Shown: positions 27,593-41,020 of the stretch, piece by piece
Position numbering within the stretch: position 1 is the stretch's first letter
Layout: every line of letters starts with the position of its first letter
NCBI GenBank assembly: GCA_964016885.1
Contig: OZ024754.1
Coordinates: 40,672,001 to 40,736,000, forward strand
Origin: Eledone cirrhosa
Lineage: Eukaryota
DNA length: 64,000 bases
Direction of reading: 5' to 3'
The notes under the pieces: model-generated
Databases searched by the model: none
What the model saw: only the letters and a program-made list of their open reading frames with translations
Told to the model about the DNA's origin: nothing
Made by a program: the position numbers and the translations under genes

Positions 27593-27783
27593 GATAAATC
27601 TACCAAGAGTTTACGGTAGTGTCCAATCCGTATGAAGAACTCAATGTATTCCGGATATCATGGAAAGAAGAGATGTAATGAAAAATCACTTTCGGTGAAA
27701 GATAAACGGTATACAGAGTCAAGATAAAATATTAAACAAATAATGAATAAACAATTCCTTATATTAAACAAAAAAAGTTCATT

Positions 27784-27925
27784 ATTTAACGATCGTTTCT
27801 AGGATATATATGTGTTAGAATTGGCATGCATATTCAACAGATCTATGTACAAAATTATACAAAATTATACAAACTATCAAGATTAAATATACATACCAAC
27901 ACATATATACGCCGTCTTCAGAAAC
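27784..27925 (-). ncRNA. Hammerhead ribozyme motif with 115-nt stem II domain
   Basis: Minus strand: gttt-CTGAAGA-[gtatatatgtgttgg...ctaacacatatatat]-GAAA-cgatcg-TT-aaat. Confidence 0.65.
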
Positions 27926-27984
27926 TATATATATATATATATATATATATAGTTAAAAGAATAGAGGTGTAACACACAAGTTAT

Positions 27985-28373
27985 TATATATTGGTAAACG
28001 GAATAGAAAATGCTGACAAATTGTTCACAGTTGAAAAATGGTTTAATTAGGAATAAAAGAGTATTAGTGATTGTATGGGTTAGTATTCAGTTGTGGTTTT
28101 AAGTTTTTAAGTTTTTACCGGTTGCGCATTTCTAAATGCTTTTCAAAAATAATTTTGTGTCCGTGCTGTTTGCTCTGATCAGAGCAAACAGCACGGACAC
28201 TCTATCTCAAAATTATTTTTGAAAAGCATTTAGAAATGCGCAACCGGTAAAAACTTAAAAGCTTAAAACCACAACTGAATACTAACCCATACAATCACTA
28301 ATACTCTTTTATTCCTAATTAAACCATTTTTCAACTGTGAACAATTTGTCAGCATTTTCTATTCCGTTTACCA

Positions 28374-28380
<7 letters not shown>
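27985..28380. repeat. Near-perfect spacerless palindrome (about 194-bp arms)
   Basis: Centre CTGA|TCAG at 28178/28179; 8-nt insertion in the right arm (28201-28208); TA-rich flanks. Confidence 0.95.
28216..28252 (+). ncRNA. U3:A8 hammerhead variant with GCAA for GAAA; mirror copy at 28113-28149 on the minus strand
   Basis: ttt-TTGAAAA-gcatt taga aatgc-GCAA-ccgg-TA-aaa. Same architecture as 6949-6984. Confidence 0.6.
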
Positions 28381-28406
<26 letters not shown>

Positions 28407-28423
28407 TATATGTATACATACAT

Positions 28424-28458
<35 letters not shown>

Positions 28459-29029
28459 CGGACGTCTGTACGTATATATACATTTATGGAATAGAAATCA
28501 ACTATTCAGTTGCTTCGAGATTATAACAAATATTTGTTTAATAAAATAGTTTAGTCTGACTGCAGTTGTCGCCCTTACATTGCCCTATTTTTTTATTATC
28601 TAATTCTTCTTCTTCTTCTTCTTCTTCTTTTTTTCTTTTTTATTCTTCTTCTTCTTCTTCTTCCGTCTTCTTCTTCTTCTTCTTCCGTCTTCTTCTTCTT
28701 CTTCTTCTTCTTCTTCTTCTTCTTCTTCTTCTTCTTCTTCTTCTTCGGTGGGGGGTAATTACCTGGTGAAGGGTGGAGTGTGTTAAGGTGTGGAAAGTGT
28801 AGACAAAATGCTTTTTGTTGTGGCAGCAACATTATGGTAGAGTGGAACGGATTAGGAGCGTGTCCTACATTCCATGCTTGTATGTCGGAATTGAGAGTGA
28901 TCAGAGAGGTACCATAGGAGTGAGTATGGTTGGTGAGGGGATGGAGTATGCAAGTTGGACATGGATGAGGTGAGTGGGATATTTAGTTAATGAATGTGGG
29001 GATATTAATACTAGGGAAGGCGAACTTTT

Positions 29030-29880
29030 TCTATCATGTTCTCACTCTGGCTATAGTACTTTCAGAGCACCCACCTCCACTACTAATTTGATCACTCAGG
29101 TAACAACTACTTCTACAGAACCCTCTGAGCATTTAATAGAGTTTGTTTCCTTCGAGTTCTTGCTGCTTACTGTTCTTATGTATCAACCACATATAAAACC
29201 TACGTTCTTTGTTATCCTGCCTGAGATCCCACTACATCTCATGTGTACCCATAGTTTGCATTTGGGACATAGGATGGAATTTTACCTACTCCTTTCCTGC
29301 ACACTGAGCAAGGCCATTTCCCTGAGAAGATCTGGGCCCTGTTTTCCTTTCTATTTACTAGAACTTTAGTCTTTGCCAAGTTGACTTTAAGACCTTTTGA
29401 TTCCAAGTCAGGAATTTCTTCTCTAACTCTGCCATGGGTTCAGATATATTGGCTCATTGGCACATAGGAGTTCCCATGGTAAACCAGTTTTTGAACTCTC
29501 CCATTATGGCTTGCAGGACAATAATAAACAGGAGGGAGCTAAGAACAGACCCCTGATGCATCCCTACTTGCACCTTAAATTCCTCACTATAATCATTGTT
29601 AATTCTAAACTTGCTGACTGTTCCTCTGTACATGGCTCAGACTGGCCTCACAAGCTACTCATCTACCTCTAGCCGTCTAGGAGCCCAACAGATTATGGAG
29701 TGGGTGACTCTGTCAAATGCTGCTTTCTCCAGGTAAAGAAATGCCAAATAGAGGAGCTTACTTTAAGCTAGCTACTTCCCCTGCCTCACTAGGAAGAGGG
29801 CATCAGTAGTAGTCCCCCCCCCCCGCGATACAAATCTGAACTGCATCTCATCCAGGTTAATTCTGTCCCTAATCTGCTGT
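29030..29880 (-). mobile_element. Decayed RTE-like reverse transcriptase fragment
   Basis: IRDRINLDEMQFRFVSRGGGTTTDALFLVRQ resembles the QFGF..G..TTDAIF RT motif; frame broken downstream. Confidence 0.7.
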
Positions 29881-30070
29881 ATATGTATGCATGCATACAC
29901 ACATATATACATATATACATACACACGCACATACATACATACATACATACATACATACATACATACATACATACATACATACATGCATACATACATACAT
30001 ACATACATACATACATACATGATGGCTGCCCCCTCGTTATCGAGTATGGCCATTGCACGAAAAAAAAACC

Positions 30071-30113
<43 letters not shown>

Positions 30114-30129
30114 CAATAATAACGACAAC

Positions 30130-30752
30130 ACAACAATAATGCTTTCTTTATTAACCACAAGGGTTTACATAAAGTAGAGATTAAGGACAGTACATGACAA
30201 CACAGGACGGTACAAATGGGCATTTCTGCGTGTAAAAAACAAAAACAGAGGATGTAACAAAAAAATAACAATCAAAAGTTCCCTAATACGGGGTAAACCT
30301 CCGAGCCACCAGGGCAAGTGCCCGCTCCCAGTTTTCCACCTTTAATTTACAGACATACTCAGAGTAGGCCCATACACTCGGGCCATTCTTGCCTCTCTCA
30401 CCCATCTTTCAACAAAATGCTGGGAAGAGAGCACTTCCCTCTCTACCCTGATTTTCCTTTTCAAATGAAATTTGAAAAAGTTAATCAGGGCATCACCGAA
30501 GAGGTAAGTGCTCGTCTTCAGCCCTTTCAAACGTGTCTACCATACTATCTCTTTCGACATGGCCACCAGACAGATAAAAACTGCCTGCCCTTCCCGGCTA
30601 AAGGAGGAGGGCGGGGCAATCCTCACGATGGACTCAGCTGATAGCTGGATCCGTCCTACACGCGATAGCAGGTGTTCGCCATAAACCCACAAGTCAGCAA
30701 TGCTCGGACACTGGACGAGTGCGTGCAGGACGGTTTCGTCGCCCTGCGCGCA
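30130..30752 (-). mobile_element. L1/Tx1-clade LINE 3' fragment
   Basis: CAQGDETVLHALVQCPS matches the C..ET..H....C zinc motif; CpG-rich; (ATT)n tail. Shorter copy at 8040-8365 and a related tail at about 62480-62740. Confidence 0.75.
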
Positions 30753-31017
30753 TCACGAATTACCGTTATTGCATATGTGCATTACTGGTCCTTTTTTTTT
30801 TATAGACTCTGTAATGGTGACGTCAGAATATAAAGGGAGGTAACTCTATGTTGCACAGCATGGTGTCTGACAATCTACCGATTAAAAGATTTACTAAATG
30901 TCAATTCTACGTATATTAACATTAGGAGATATCTTCTTGCTGATAATAACGATGAAAAACAGTTTTTAAAAAGAGAGGAAAGAGATGAAAGAATTATAAA
31001 CTGCAATGTATCTTTAA

Positions 31018-31111
31018 GCGGAAGTGACCCACAAATGTTGACTGATCATCATTTAAATTTGACCCTCACTAACATCTAAACACGTTACATCTTTAATATT
31101 AACTCAACCAG
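31018..31111 (+). promoter_or_regulatory. Candidate promoter and non-coding first exon of the MCFD2-like gene
   Basis: ETS-type motif GCGGAAGTG at 31018-31026, then a donor CAG|gtacgt at 31112 followed by unique AT-rich intron-like DNA. The coding exon at 40048 has an acceptor, so an upstream exon is required. Linking the two is inference. Confidence 0.55.
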
Positions 31112-32982
31112 GTACGTACTTTATTTATATTAACAATTAGCTTTTCAATCCGTTTGATTTTGATTATTTTTCAATACAAAATACCTTTTAATATCAGAAT
31201 ATCGACAGAATATCGATAAATATTTCTATTTCTAACACTTTGTCTTAAAAATATCGAAATTTCTTTCCAAAATCTTTACAGTTTGTTTTATTTTTCAACC
31301 TGTCTTTTATTTTGTATTACAATATCTACCAGGTATATTTTTTATTTCTAATATAATTATTGAATATTTTTACAACTCTGCTGTAAAATAGAAATAAAAC
31401 CCTTTTCATTCTGAAATATTTCCACAATATCTTCACCATTCACACGTACGTTTATATTTTCCCGTAGACTTTCCCTTTTATTTTTTACTACCTCGCCACA
31501 CATTTAGATTTATCACTGTCTAAATAAAAAACATTTTAAAAATCACAAAAATATGATAATAGATTAGTAATAATTAGATCTTTATCTAGAATTCATCTAT
31601 AGTGAAATTCTCCTTATTTTTGTTGATAGAAATTATAATTCTCTCTTGTCCAACATTATTTTACCATATGTTGTGTTTACGATGGTAATTCTTTAGCTCC
31701 TTAGTTCACCAAATCAATGGTATATATGTGGGATTTTATTATATTTTATTTCGTATCGAACTAATTAATTATGACTAACCTGACTCTCTCTTGTCCAACA
31801 TTATTTCACCATATGTTGTGTTTACGGTGGTAACTCCTTACCTCCTAAATAGTATATATATCGTGATTTCGTGGGCTGATATTCCGATTCTCGATTATTC
31901 TACTATATATATAAATATATATGTAATTTGATTATATTTTATTTCGTATCGAACTGTTTAATTGTGACTAACCTGGAGATTAATCAAATAATTTAAAAAC
32001 AATATCAGAATTTCCACGAAATCTAATTTCCAATCACCTGTGTGCTTAATTGATTGTATTCTATTAGGTTTAATTACAGGTAATCTTGTTAATATATTTT
32101 GTCTTTAAATAAGTCTTTTATTTCTTCGATTTATATTATTGTTAGGATCTTATAATTAATTAATTACCAGTTTTTACTGGCTCATTAAAATTGTTTACAT
32201 AATATTCTAAATGTCTGTGTAACAGTTTGTCATTTTATATAATTTATTGTTTTTCAAACTTTTTATCTCTAAACCATCCATTCCTATATTTATAATGATT
32301 TTCAAAATAATCAAGAATTCAGAGGATTTTATAATATAACTAACTTTCTCATTGTTAAGTTGGTGTTTGGAACATAACATAACAAAGGTTTTTACATAAA
32401 ATCGTAACGGAAGATTTTCTCTCTATAGTTTTAGTCATATATTTATAAGGTTTCTAGCGACAATTAATTGTATATATTTTCATTCTGTAAACATTATATT
32501 ATTATATCATGTTGCTGATATGTTAAAATATAGTTTTGTATAGTAGAAGGAGGGTCTGTTAGGAATGAAAAAGGGTTAAAAAGGCAGTGGCTGAAATATA
32601 TCTAATGTGTGTAGTTATTTTCTACATTACATTAGCAGACTTTAAGTGTATATCACTCAACACATGTCCTTTCCCACTGCTTTATATCGTTTTAAACAGA
32701 TCTATTTATTAATGTAGAAAATATTGTAAATAACATTATAGCCACTTGTTATACATGGGACATTAAGAAGGTTTTATTTTATTTCTTAAGAACCTTAAAC
32801 ATAATTGAGTCGAAACGTGATCTATGATTTCACTTAGCAGGAAATAATACAATGGTGTTAGTTGTAGATAATGATACAATACAGGATGTTTTTAATGGAT
32901 TTATGTGGTGGCAAGAAATTCCCAGGGGAGATGGACAGCAGAAGGTTTTCAAAGAAGAAACTTCCATCAAGCATCTGTGACG

Positions 32983-33050
<68 letters not shown>

Positions 33051-33057
<7 letters not shown>

Positions 33058-33136
33058 CGTAAAATAAGAAAATTATAAAATTAACTTACTAAAATAAGTA
33101 AGTTAATTTTATAATTTTCTTATTTTACGTCTCTCA
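33051..33136. repeat. Palindrome, 40-bp arms, 6-nt loop, adjacent to (TA)n
   Basis: tgagagacgtaaaataag...ttact aaaata agtaa...cttattttacgtctctca. Confidence 0.92.
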
Positions 33137-33222
33137 AAACCTATATATTTGCTACCATTGATATGCATCTGTATGTATATATATGTTACTAGATATTAAT
33201 TCTTTATATATATATATATATA

Positions 33223-33390
<168 letters not shown>

Positions 33391-33578
33391 GGAGGTGAGT
33401 TTTATTGTAACACAATAAAGCAATGCAAATATCGGATAAGTAACACTCTACAGTTTATAGGACTGGAGTATAAATAATATAAGATCAAAAGATGGTTAAA
33501 AGTGTTCCAAGTATTTTATAAGTTTATTTAAAACTTCACTGCTCACAAGTGTTTTTTAAGCTTCATATCATCTCTTCC

Positions 33579-33652
33579 TATTTTATCTGATGAGAACGCA
33601 GCAGATATCATCCCATGATGATATTTGTTTTTGAAATGCGCATAATAAAATA
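33579..33652 (+). ncRNA. Type I hammerhead ribozyme motif
   Basis: tattttat-CTGATGA(33587)-stem II gcagatatcatc/gatgatatttgt-GAAA(33633)-tgcgca-TA-ataaaata; 8-bp stem I. Confidence 0.8.
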
Positions 33653-33673
33653 CTTGGAACTCTTTTAACCATC

Positions 33674-33729
<56 letters not shown>

Positions 33730-33808
33730 TATATAATATATAAGAACAAAAGATGGTTAAAAGAGTTCCATGTATTTTATTATGCGCATTTCAAAAAAAC
33801 TCACCTCC

Positions 33809-33888
<80 letters not shown>

Positions 33889-34499
33889 TGTAAATTATGT
33901 AATGTAGAATTATTTTGTATTATGAAATCCAAAAACATTTTATTAAATAACAGAATAGAGCGATCGTTATACTGTAACCATCGCTTAAAATCTACATTTT
34001 CATATTATAAATACTACCAGGATTGAACGCCTGTCTCTATCCCCGTTTGATTGTCAAAATAGATATTAATATTCTTTATTAGTCTTAATTCTATCAACTC
34101 TTCTATTATTTACCTTTTAATACAAACTGCTATAGATAAAATGAGATTTCTGATTTCTTGATTCAATTCCCTAATGCATATACCAGCTGACTACTAGCAT
34201 TGATGTTATTTAGTAGCAATCGAAATCTCCCCCTTCCTCAATTTACACTTTATAATTAATACTACTGCACCAAATGACCAGCCCTGTCCACTGTCCAGTT
34301 GGTCGAGTAGAGATTAAAATTGGCACTCCCAAAATTCTTATTTAGATTTACTCATGGTATTCTCATTAGAAACCCATTATATACTTGTTTAGCAGTAAAT
34401 TAATTTACCATCTGTCATATACTATCCCCTCTGTTTCTTCCTCTTTTACTAATATAAATACTTCAATTTTTCTGATTTTATCCAATTTATCCAAAATCT

Positions 34500-34608
34500 C
34501 TGAAGAAGTGACAACTGATTATACATTTGCTATCGAATACTTGCTAACATTACATGATTACGCAAGCAGCGATACATAGGTATTCAGTCTGTTACAGAAA
34601 CATATGTC
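34500..34608 (+). ncRNA. Hammerhead core with long stem II; stem I lost
   Basis: CTGAAGA-gtgaca..actga/tcagt..tgttac-GAAA-catatg-TC, AATAAA at 34616. The flanks do not pair as stem I. Confidence 0.55.
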
Positions 34609-34769
34609 AATACCTAATAAATTCCTTTTTTAAAAAAAGCACTTTCATTTTATATTCATCCTTTCTACATTTTCTCCGGAATATAATTTATACTCATTGA
34701 GCAAACCTGCACGTACGCTGTTCATCTCTAACGGAACGATATATTATCACTACATTATTGATAACCTGA

Positions 34770-34817
<48 letters not shown>

Positions 34818-35016
34818 AGCAGGGCATCCAAGAGAAATTTTGCAATGTGGGACAAGACCAGTTTGGGACCCGAAGCAGGCAAAGATTTTTCTCAAAATGG
34901 ATGTTGCATGGTTGCTGTGGTGGGGTCTTCTTAGCTCTTGGATCCCGGAACAAAGTGCCCTCGGTAGGACCGCCCTCTCATAGGACCTGCTCAGGAGAGA
35001 CCCCTCAAGCAAGTCT

Positions 35017-35072
<56 letters not shown>

Positions 35073-35983
35073 AATGAAAAGTATAGAAATTGTTGTAGCG
35101 AGAAGCTAACAGTATTCCATAATATATATATATATATGTATAGTGATAAGAACCCCCCAGGAGAGATGGGCAGGGTAAAGTTTTCAGAGAAGAAACCCTC
35201 CTCGAGCAAATGTTTCGGCCCTTTACAGATTTCTGTGAAGAAATATCTCCGTTCGTCTCCACAGTATAGTTTGTTTGTTTTTAATGTTGGATCTGAAAGA
35301 CTTCGGTGTGACATAAATATAGAATTGAATATTTTAAAAGGATACATTCTCTCGGGTTGACTTTTAACTTTTATTTTTCGTGGGTCGATATATTCAATAC
35401 CAATAATCGATCATTTTACTCTCCAATATATTTTTGTAGATGCTTAGGAAATAATAATAATAATAATAATTGATTCTACTTTTTGGCACAAGGCCAGAAA
35501 TTACCCAGTGCATTACTAGTACTTTATTTTATCGACCCCGTAAGGATGAAAGGCAAAGTTAACCTCGGCGGGATTTGAACTCAGAATGGCAAGGGCCGTA
35601 ACTCTATGCGTCAAAGCATGGCGTCCGACCCTCTACCGATACTGCCAATCCACGATAAAAATGGTTCTGATTTAGGCACAAGGCCAGCAATTTTGGGTAA
35701 GGGGCGAAAGTCGATTAAATCGACCCCAGTGCGTTACTGGTACTTTATTTTATCGACCCCCGTAAGAATGAAAAGCAAAGCTAACCTCGGCGGAATTTGA
35801 AAATAATAATTTAGATATATAAAGCCGGCGATTTTGGTGTGAAATAAGTCAATTAAATCTGGTATTTTATATTATCAGCAGCAATACTATATTATTGTCC
35901 GATGTTCTAGCCAAGCTGGTCTGCTTCCCTCCAAAACGTTTAAGTGAGCATATGTTACAAATCAATATGTTTTAGTGGGCGTG

Positions 35984-36017
<34 letters not shown>

Positions 36018-36227
36018 TGAGTTTAATATAGAGATAGCTTCTACATAACTAGACCTGTTTCATTCGTGATGATTTCTTTTGAATGAAACACTCCTGTAGA
36101 AGCCATTTCTATATTAAACTTGATGTTTACACGCTACTAACATATTGAGTACCTTACTAACTGAGGTTAACCCCGATTGAACCACAGTCTCGCACACACA
36201 CACACACACGTACATACACACACACAC

Positions 36228-36282
<55 letters not shown>

Positions 36283-38679
36283 TAAAACATGCCTATAGAA
36301 TCACCAGATAAAATATATACCATTTCCTCTCCCAAAATCTATGACTTTATATATATATATATATGTAAACCTTTATATATATATATATATATATATCATC
36401 ATCATCATCATCATTTCATTTTACGTCTGCTTTTCCCTGCTTGCAAGGGTGGGACGGGAACTGATTCTGGCTTGATTTCTACAGCTGGATGCCCTTCCTA
36501 ACACCAACCTCATTTACAGTGAGTACTGGGTGCTTTTTTGCCATGGCACCTCCATGACCACTTTACAGTGGAATGATAGGGACCCCAGTCCCTATCATCT
36601 CATTTCTACAGCTGAGTAAACTGGAGCAATGTGAAATAAAGTGTCTTGCTCAAGGAAACAACACATCACCTGGTCTGAGAATTGAACTCACAACCTTTCG
36701 ATTGCAAGGCCAATGCTCTAACGACTAAGCCATGTGATATATATATATATATATACTTCGATTTAACCCTTCATTGGAACAACTATTAGGGCCATTAATA
36801 TTTGTTAAGCACTATTCCAAAGATTCAACACAACTTCTTTCCATAACATGGAACTGGGAAATTATAACACACATAACCCTATCAGTGAAGCCCTTTAGTA
36901 TAGGTCAACTAACAGAAGTATTACTGTTACAAACAAATTCTAAATAAGCCTACAAGGTAAAAATTAAAAACCGTCATGGCCGGCCACTCTGACTGGTCTG
37001 GTAGGCCAGGTCGTGGCTGATATAAGTAGATCTTAAAGCAACAGCACACCCCTGATATAAGTAGATCTTAAAGCAACAGCAACATATTCTGTTGTAAAGT
37101 ATCTCATGTGAACACATCTTATCTTCAAAATGTCCCGTTAGTTAAGATGTTCTGGCCTGGTTTCATAAATAATTGTATAATAAAGCAAAAGATATGTCAT
37201 TGTTTATTTCTATAGCTTATACATTTTGTTTTTTAAAGAAAAGTAGACCTAGTTTTAAGCTGTGAGAAATTTTGTTCCGTTGTGACAACCATTCAGAATT
37301 TATAATTAAAACATCTCTTGTGAGGTTTTTATGTAATTTGAAAAGCATTGATGTTTTCTTTTTAATGTTACAATAATGTGTTTGTTTGAAGTTGAACGGA
37401 ACAATGATCAAAAACTTTTCTGGTGTAAACCATCCGATTTTTTTGTTTTTTTTTGTCGAGAACTGTCCTCTCTTTTTCAGAAAGGAGAGGATTAAGGGCA
37501 AATTGGCTGCTATTTCTAGTTCTTCAATCAAATTACATTGTTTGTTGACTTGTATCGTGTATGTCATGAAATGTATGAATTATTGAAAATTAAGGAGAAT
37601 ACCCGGCGTTGCCCAGGCTGAAAATTAGCTATAAATGTTAACGAAAACATATTCGGTTTAAAAGAAGACTATTTGATTTCTCTTGCAACGTTATCCCGAA
37701 CATAAGTAATGAAATTGTTTTTCAATTAGTTGATAACAGCCTCAAACACTCCTTCCAGCGGGTCCTATCTGTAGCAATCATCTCCAACTGATCTTGCTTG
37801 ATCCTCCAGCAGAACGAGCCAAGTTCATGGATGTTATCTAACCATCTTGCTCAGAGTCTACCCCTGGGTCTCCTGCCGGTTGGTTTTGACTGTAAAATCT
37901 ATCTAGTGATTCTTTCCTGAGACATTCTAACCACATGCCCATAGTATCAGAGCTGTAATCTCTCAATTCAGAGAAGTAGCAGCTGTATAGATGATGGTAG
38001 CTGGGTGAAGAAGTGCTAAGAAATTCCAGTGGAAAGAAGTCACAGTTGAGGTAGACCTGAGCAGAAGTGATGAGAGCTGATCTCAAATCACTGAATCTCA
38101 CAGAGAAGATGACGAGGGACCAGGACAAGTAGAGGGATGCTGTGCTGGAAAAGACCCATCCGACCCATAAGTAGAGACAACCACAACTCACTGGTTGATC
38201 CTGAGCCTGTTACTTTGAGAATTTCTGTCTTTGTTTAACCCTTTACAATTTACATTACGTTCTGAGTTAACTTTGCCTTTCATCCTTATGGGGTTGATAA
38301 AATAAAGTACCAGTAACATACTGGGGTTGATTTAATCGACTTTCCCCTCTCCCAAAATTGTTGGCCTTGTGCCTAAAGTAGAAACCATTATATATACTAG
38401 AGTTACGCCCCTTTATAGTCCGAGTTCAAATCCCGCCGAGGTTAACTTTGCCTTTCATCCTAACAGGGTCGATAAAATAAAGTACCAGTAATGCACTGGG
38501 GTAATATACTATTGTATTTTCATGGGAAAGGCTTTACTTCACATAATATTGAATCTATGACATTTTGATATTATTTATTTTGAGAACAAAACCTTAACAT
38601 AAGTATGAGCAACTGTAACCAGTTGCTTGGTTTGAGCAGATAGAGGTGAGTGAATTCTGGCTGGATATGGCCGGGTTTA

Positions 38680-39308
38680 TATGCTAAAGGGTTAAGAAGT
38701 GGTTTGCAACGGGTTTAAATGCTAAAGGGTTAAGAAGTGGTTTGCAACGGGTTTATATGCTAAAGGGTTAAGAAATGGTTGCAACGGGTTTAAATGCTAA
38801 AGGGTTAAGAAATGGTTGCAACGGGTTTAAATGCTAAAGGGTTAAGAAGTGGTTTGCAACGGGTTTATATGCTAAAGGGTTAAGAAATGGTTGCAACGGG
38901 TTTAAATGCTAAAGGGTTAAGAAATGGTTGCAATGGGTTTAAATGCTAAAGGGTTAAGAAGTGGTTTGCAACGGGTTTAAATGCTAAAGGGTTAAGAAAT
39001 GGTTGCAACGGGTTTAAATGCTAAAGGGTTAAGAAGTGGTTGCAACGGGTTTATATGCTAAAGGGTTAAGAAATGGTTGCAACGGGTTTAAATGCTAAAG
39101 GGTTAAGAAATGGTTGCAACGGGTTTAAATGCTAAAGGGTTAAGAAGTGGTTTGCAACGGGTTTAAATGCTAAAGGGTTAAGAAATGGTTGCAACGGGTT
39201 TAAATGCTAAAGGGTTAAGAAGTGGTTTGCAACGGGTTTATATGCTAAAGGGTTAAGAAGTGGTTTGCAACGGGTTTATATGCTAAAGGGTTAAGAAGTG
39301 GTTGCAAA
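38680..39308. repeat. 36-37-bp tandem repeat derived from a MITE terminus
   Basis: Unit gggtttaaatgctaaagggttaagaagtggtttgcaac includes the TIR and TTAA. Confidence 0.92.
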
Positions 39309-39576
39309 GAGAGGATTAAAAGAGAATTGGCAATGCTATCTTAATTTTGTCTAAAATGACAAACCAAGATTCATTTACTTCTAAATCAAAATACATATTT
39401 CTGAAATATATTTCAGAATTCTCAAACACTCCTTCCAGCGAGTCCTGTCACAAACAATTGTCTCCAACTGATCCGACTGGATCCCCCAGCATGACCAGCC
39501 AAGCTTATGAATGTTATCCAACCATCTTAATTACAATCAGTTTAAACTTTTGATGGTTGTGCTTTAGCATGGCCAT

Positions 39577-39980
39577 ATCATCATCATCATCATCATCATC
39601 ATCATTTTACGTCCTCTTTTCCCCTGCTTGCAAGGGTGGGACAGGAACTGATTCTGGCTTGATTTCTACAGCTGGATGCCCTTCCTAACACCAACCTCAT
39701 TTACAGTGAGTGCTGGCTGCTTTTTTTCCGTGGTGCTTACATGTCCACTTTACAGTGAGTGCTGGGTGCTTTTTTACCGTGGCACCTCCACGACCACTTT
39801 GTAGTGGAATGATAGGGACCCCAGTCTCTATCATCTCATTTCTACAACTGAGTAAACTGGAGCAATGTGAAATAAAGTGTCTTGCTCAAGGAAACAACAC
39901 ATCACCCGGTCTGAGAATTGAACTCACAACCTTTCGATTGCAAGGCCAATGCTCTAACCACTAAGCCATGTGCCTCCACA
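39577..39980 (-). mobile_element. tRNA-derived SINE family B (CORE-like ccttgagcaagacactt, RTE-like tail, (GAT)n end)
   Basis: Head TGGCTTAGTGG...GAGTTCAATTC. Near-identical copies at 36398-36735(-), 41968-42348(+), 47638-47965(+), 55278-55568(+); partial copies at about 4390-4620, 18870, 19336, 45425. Confidence 0.88.
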
Positions 39981-40055
39981 AACCTGTAAAAATAATATTT
40001 TAAGACAAATATTTTATCTCTTTTTTTTCTTCTTTTTCTTTTTTCAGATAACAAA

Positions 40056-40555
40056 ATGATAATTCAATTTGACAGTATTTTATTTGGAGTTTTAGTTTAC
40101 TGTTCATGTTGGGTGCAGATATTTAGTCATAATAACCAAGGATTCGCACCAGGTGTGCCCCCTCCATCTGGGGGACAACAACAACAGCAGTACCAGCAAC
40201 AACCTCCACAATATCAGCAACCCCCACCTAACCAACAGTACCAACAACCCCCACCCAACCAACAATTCCAACAACCCCCACCCAATCAACAGTACCAGCA
40301 ACCTCCCCCCAACCAGCAATACCAACAACCCCCACCCAATCAACAGTACCAGCAACCCCCACCCAATCAACAATTCCAACAACCTCCCCCCAACCAACAG
40401 TACCAACAACCCCCTGCTAACCAACAGTACCAACAACAACCACCTGGTAATCCACAGTATCAACAACAACAACAACATCCACCACAAGGATCACATGGAC
40501 ATGGACATGGACATGGACATACTCCCAATTTCAATGTTGAATCTCACGATAAAGA
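40056..40555 (+). CDS. MCFD2: MCFD2-like protein, first coding exon (signal peptide, Gln/Pro repeat, HGHGHGH)
   Basis: Long polypyrimidine tract and ttttcag acceptor at 40047, exon starts 40048, ATG 40056, donor GA|gtaagt at 40556 (phase 2). Hydrophobic N-terminus MIIQFDSILFGVLVYCSCWVQIFS. Confidence 0.9.
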
Positions 40556-40579
40556 GTAAGTTGTCCATTAACTCTTTAG

Positions 40580-41020
40580 CATTTAAACCGGCTGTATCCA
40601 GCCAGAACTCTCTCACCTCTTCCAGTTCAAACCAGCTGTATCCAGCCTGAACTCTCTCACCTCTTCCTGTTTAAACCGGCTGTATCCAGCCTGAATTCTC
40701 TCACCTCTGCCTGTTTAAACCGGCTGTATCCAGCCTGAACTCTCTCACCTCTGCCTGTTTAAACCGGCTGTATCCAGCCAGAACTCTCTCACCTCTTCCT
40801 GTTTAAACCGGCTGTATCCAGCCAGAACTCTCTCACCTCTTCCAGTTCAAACCGGCTGTATCCAGCCTGAACTCTCTCACCTCTTCCTGTTTAAACCGGC
40901 TGTATCCAGCCAGAACTCTCTCACCTCTTCCAGTTCAAACCGGCTGTATCCAGCCAGAACTCTCTCACCTCTTCCAGTTCAAACCGGCTGTATCCAGCCT
41001 GAACTCTCTCACCTCTGCCT
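40580..41020. repeat. 41-bp tandem repeat derived from the MITE body
   Basis: Unit aaaccggctgtatccagcctgaactctctcacctcttcctgttt, about 11 copies. Confidence 0.92.
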
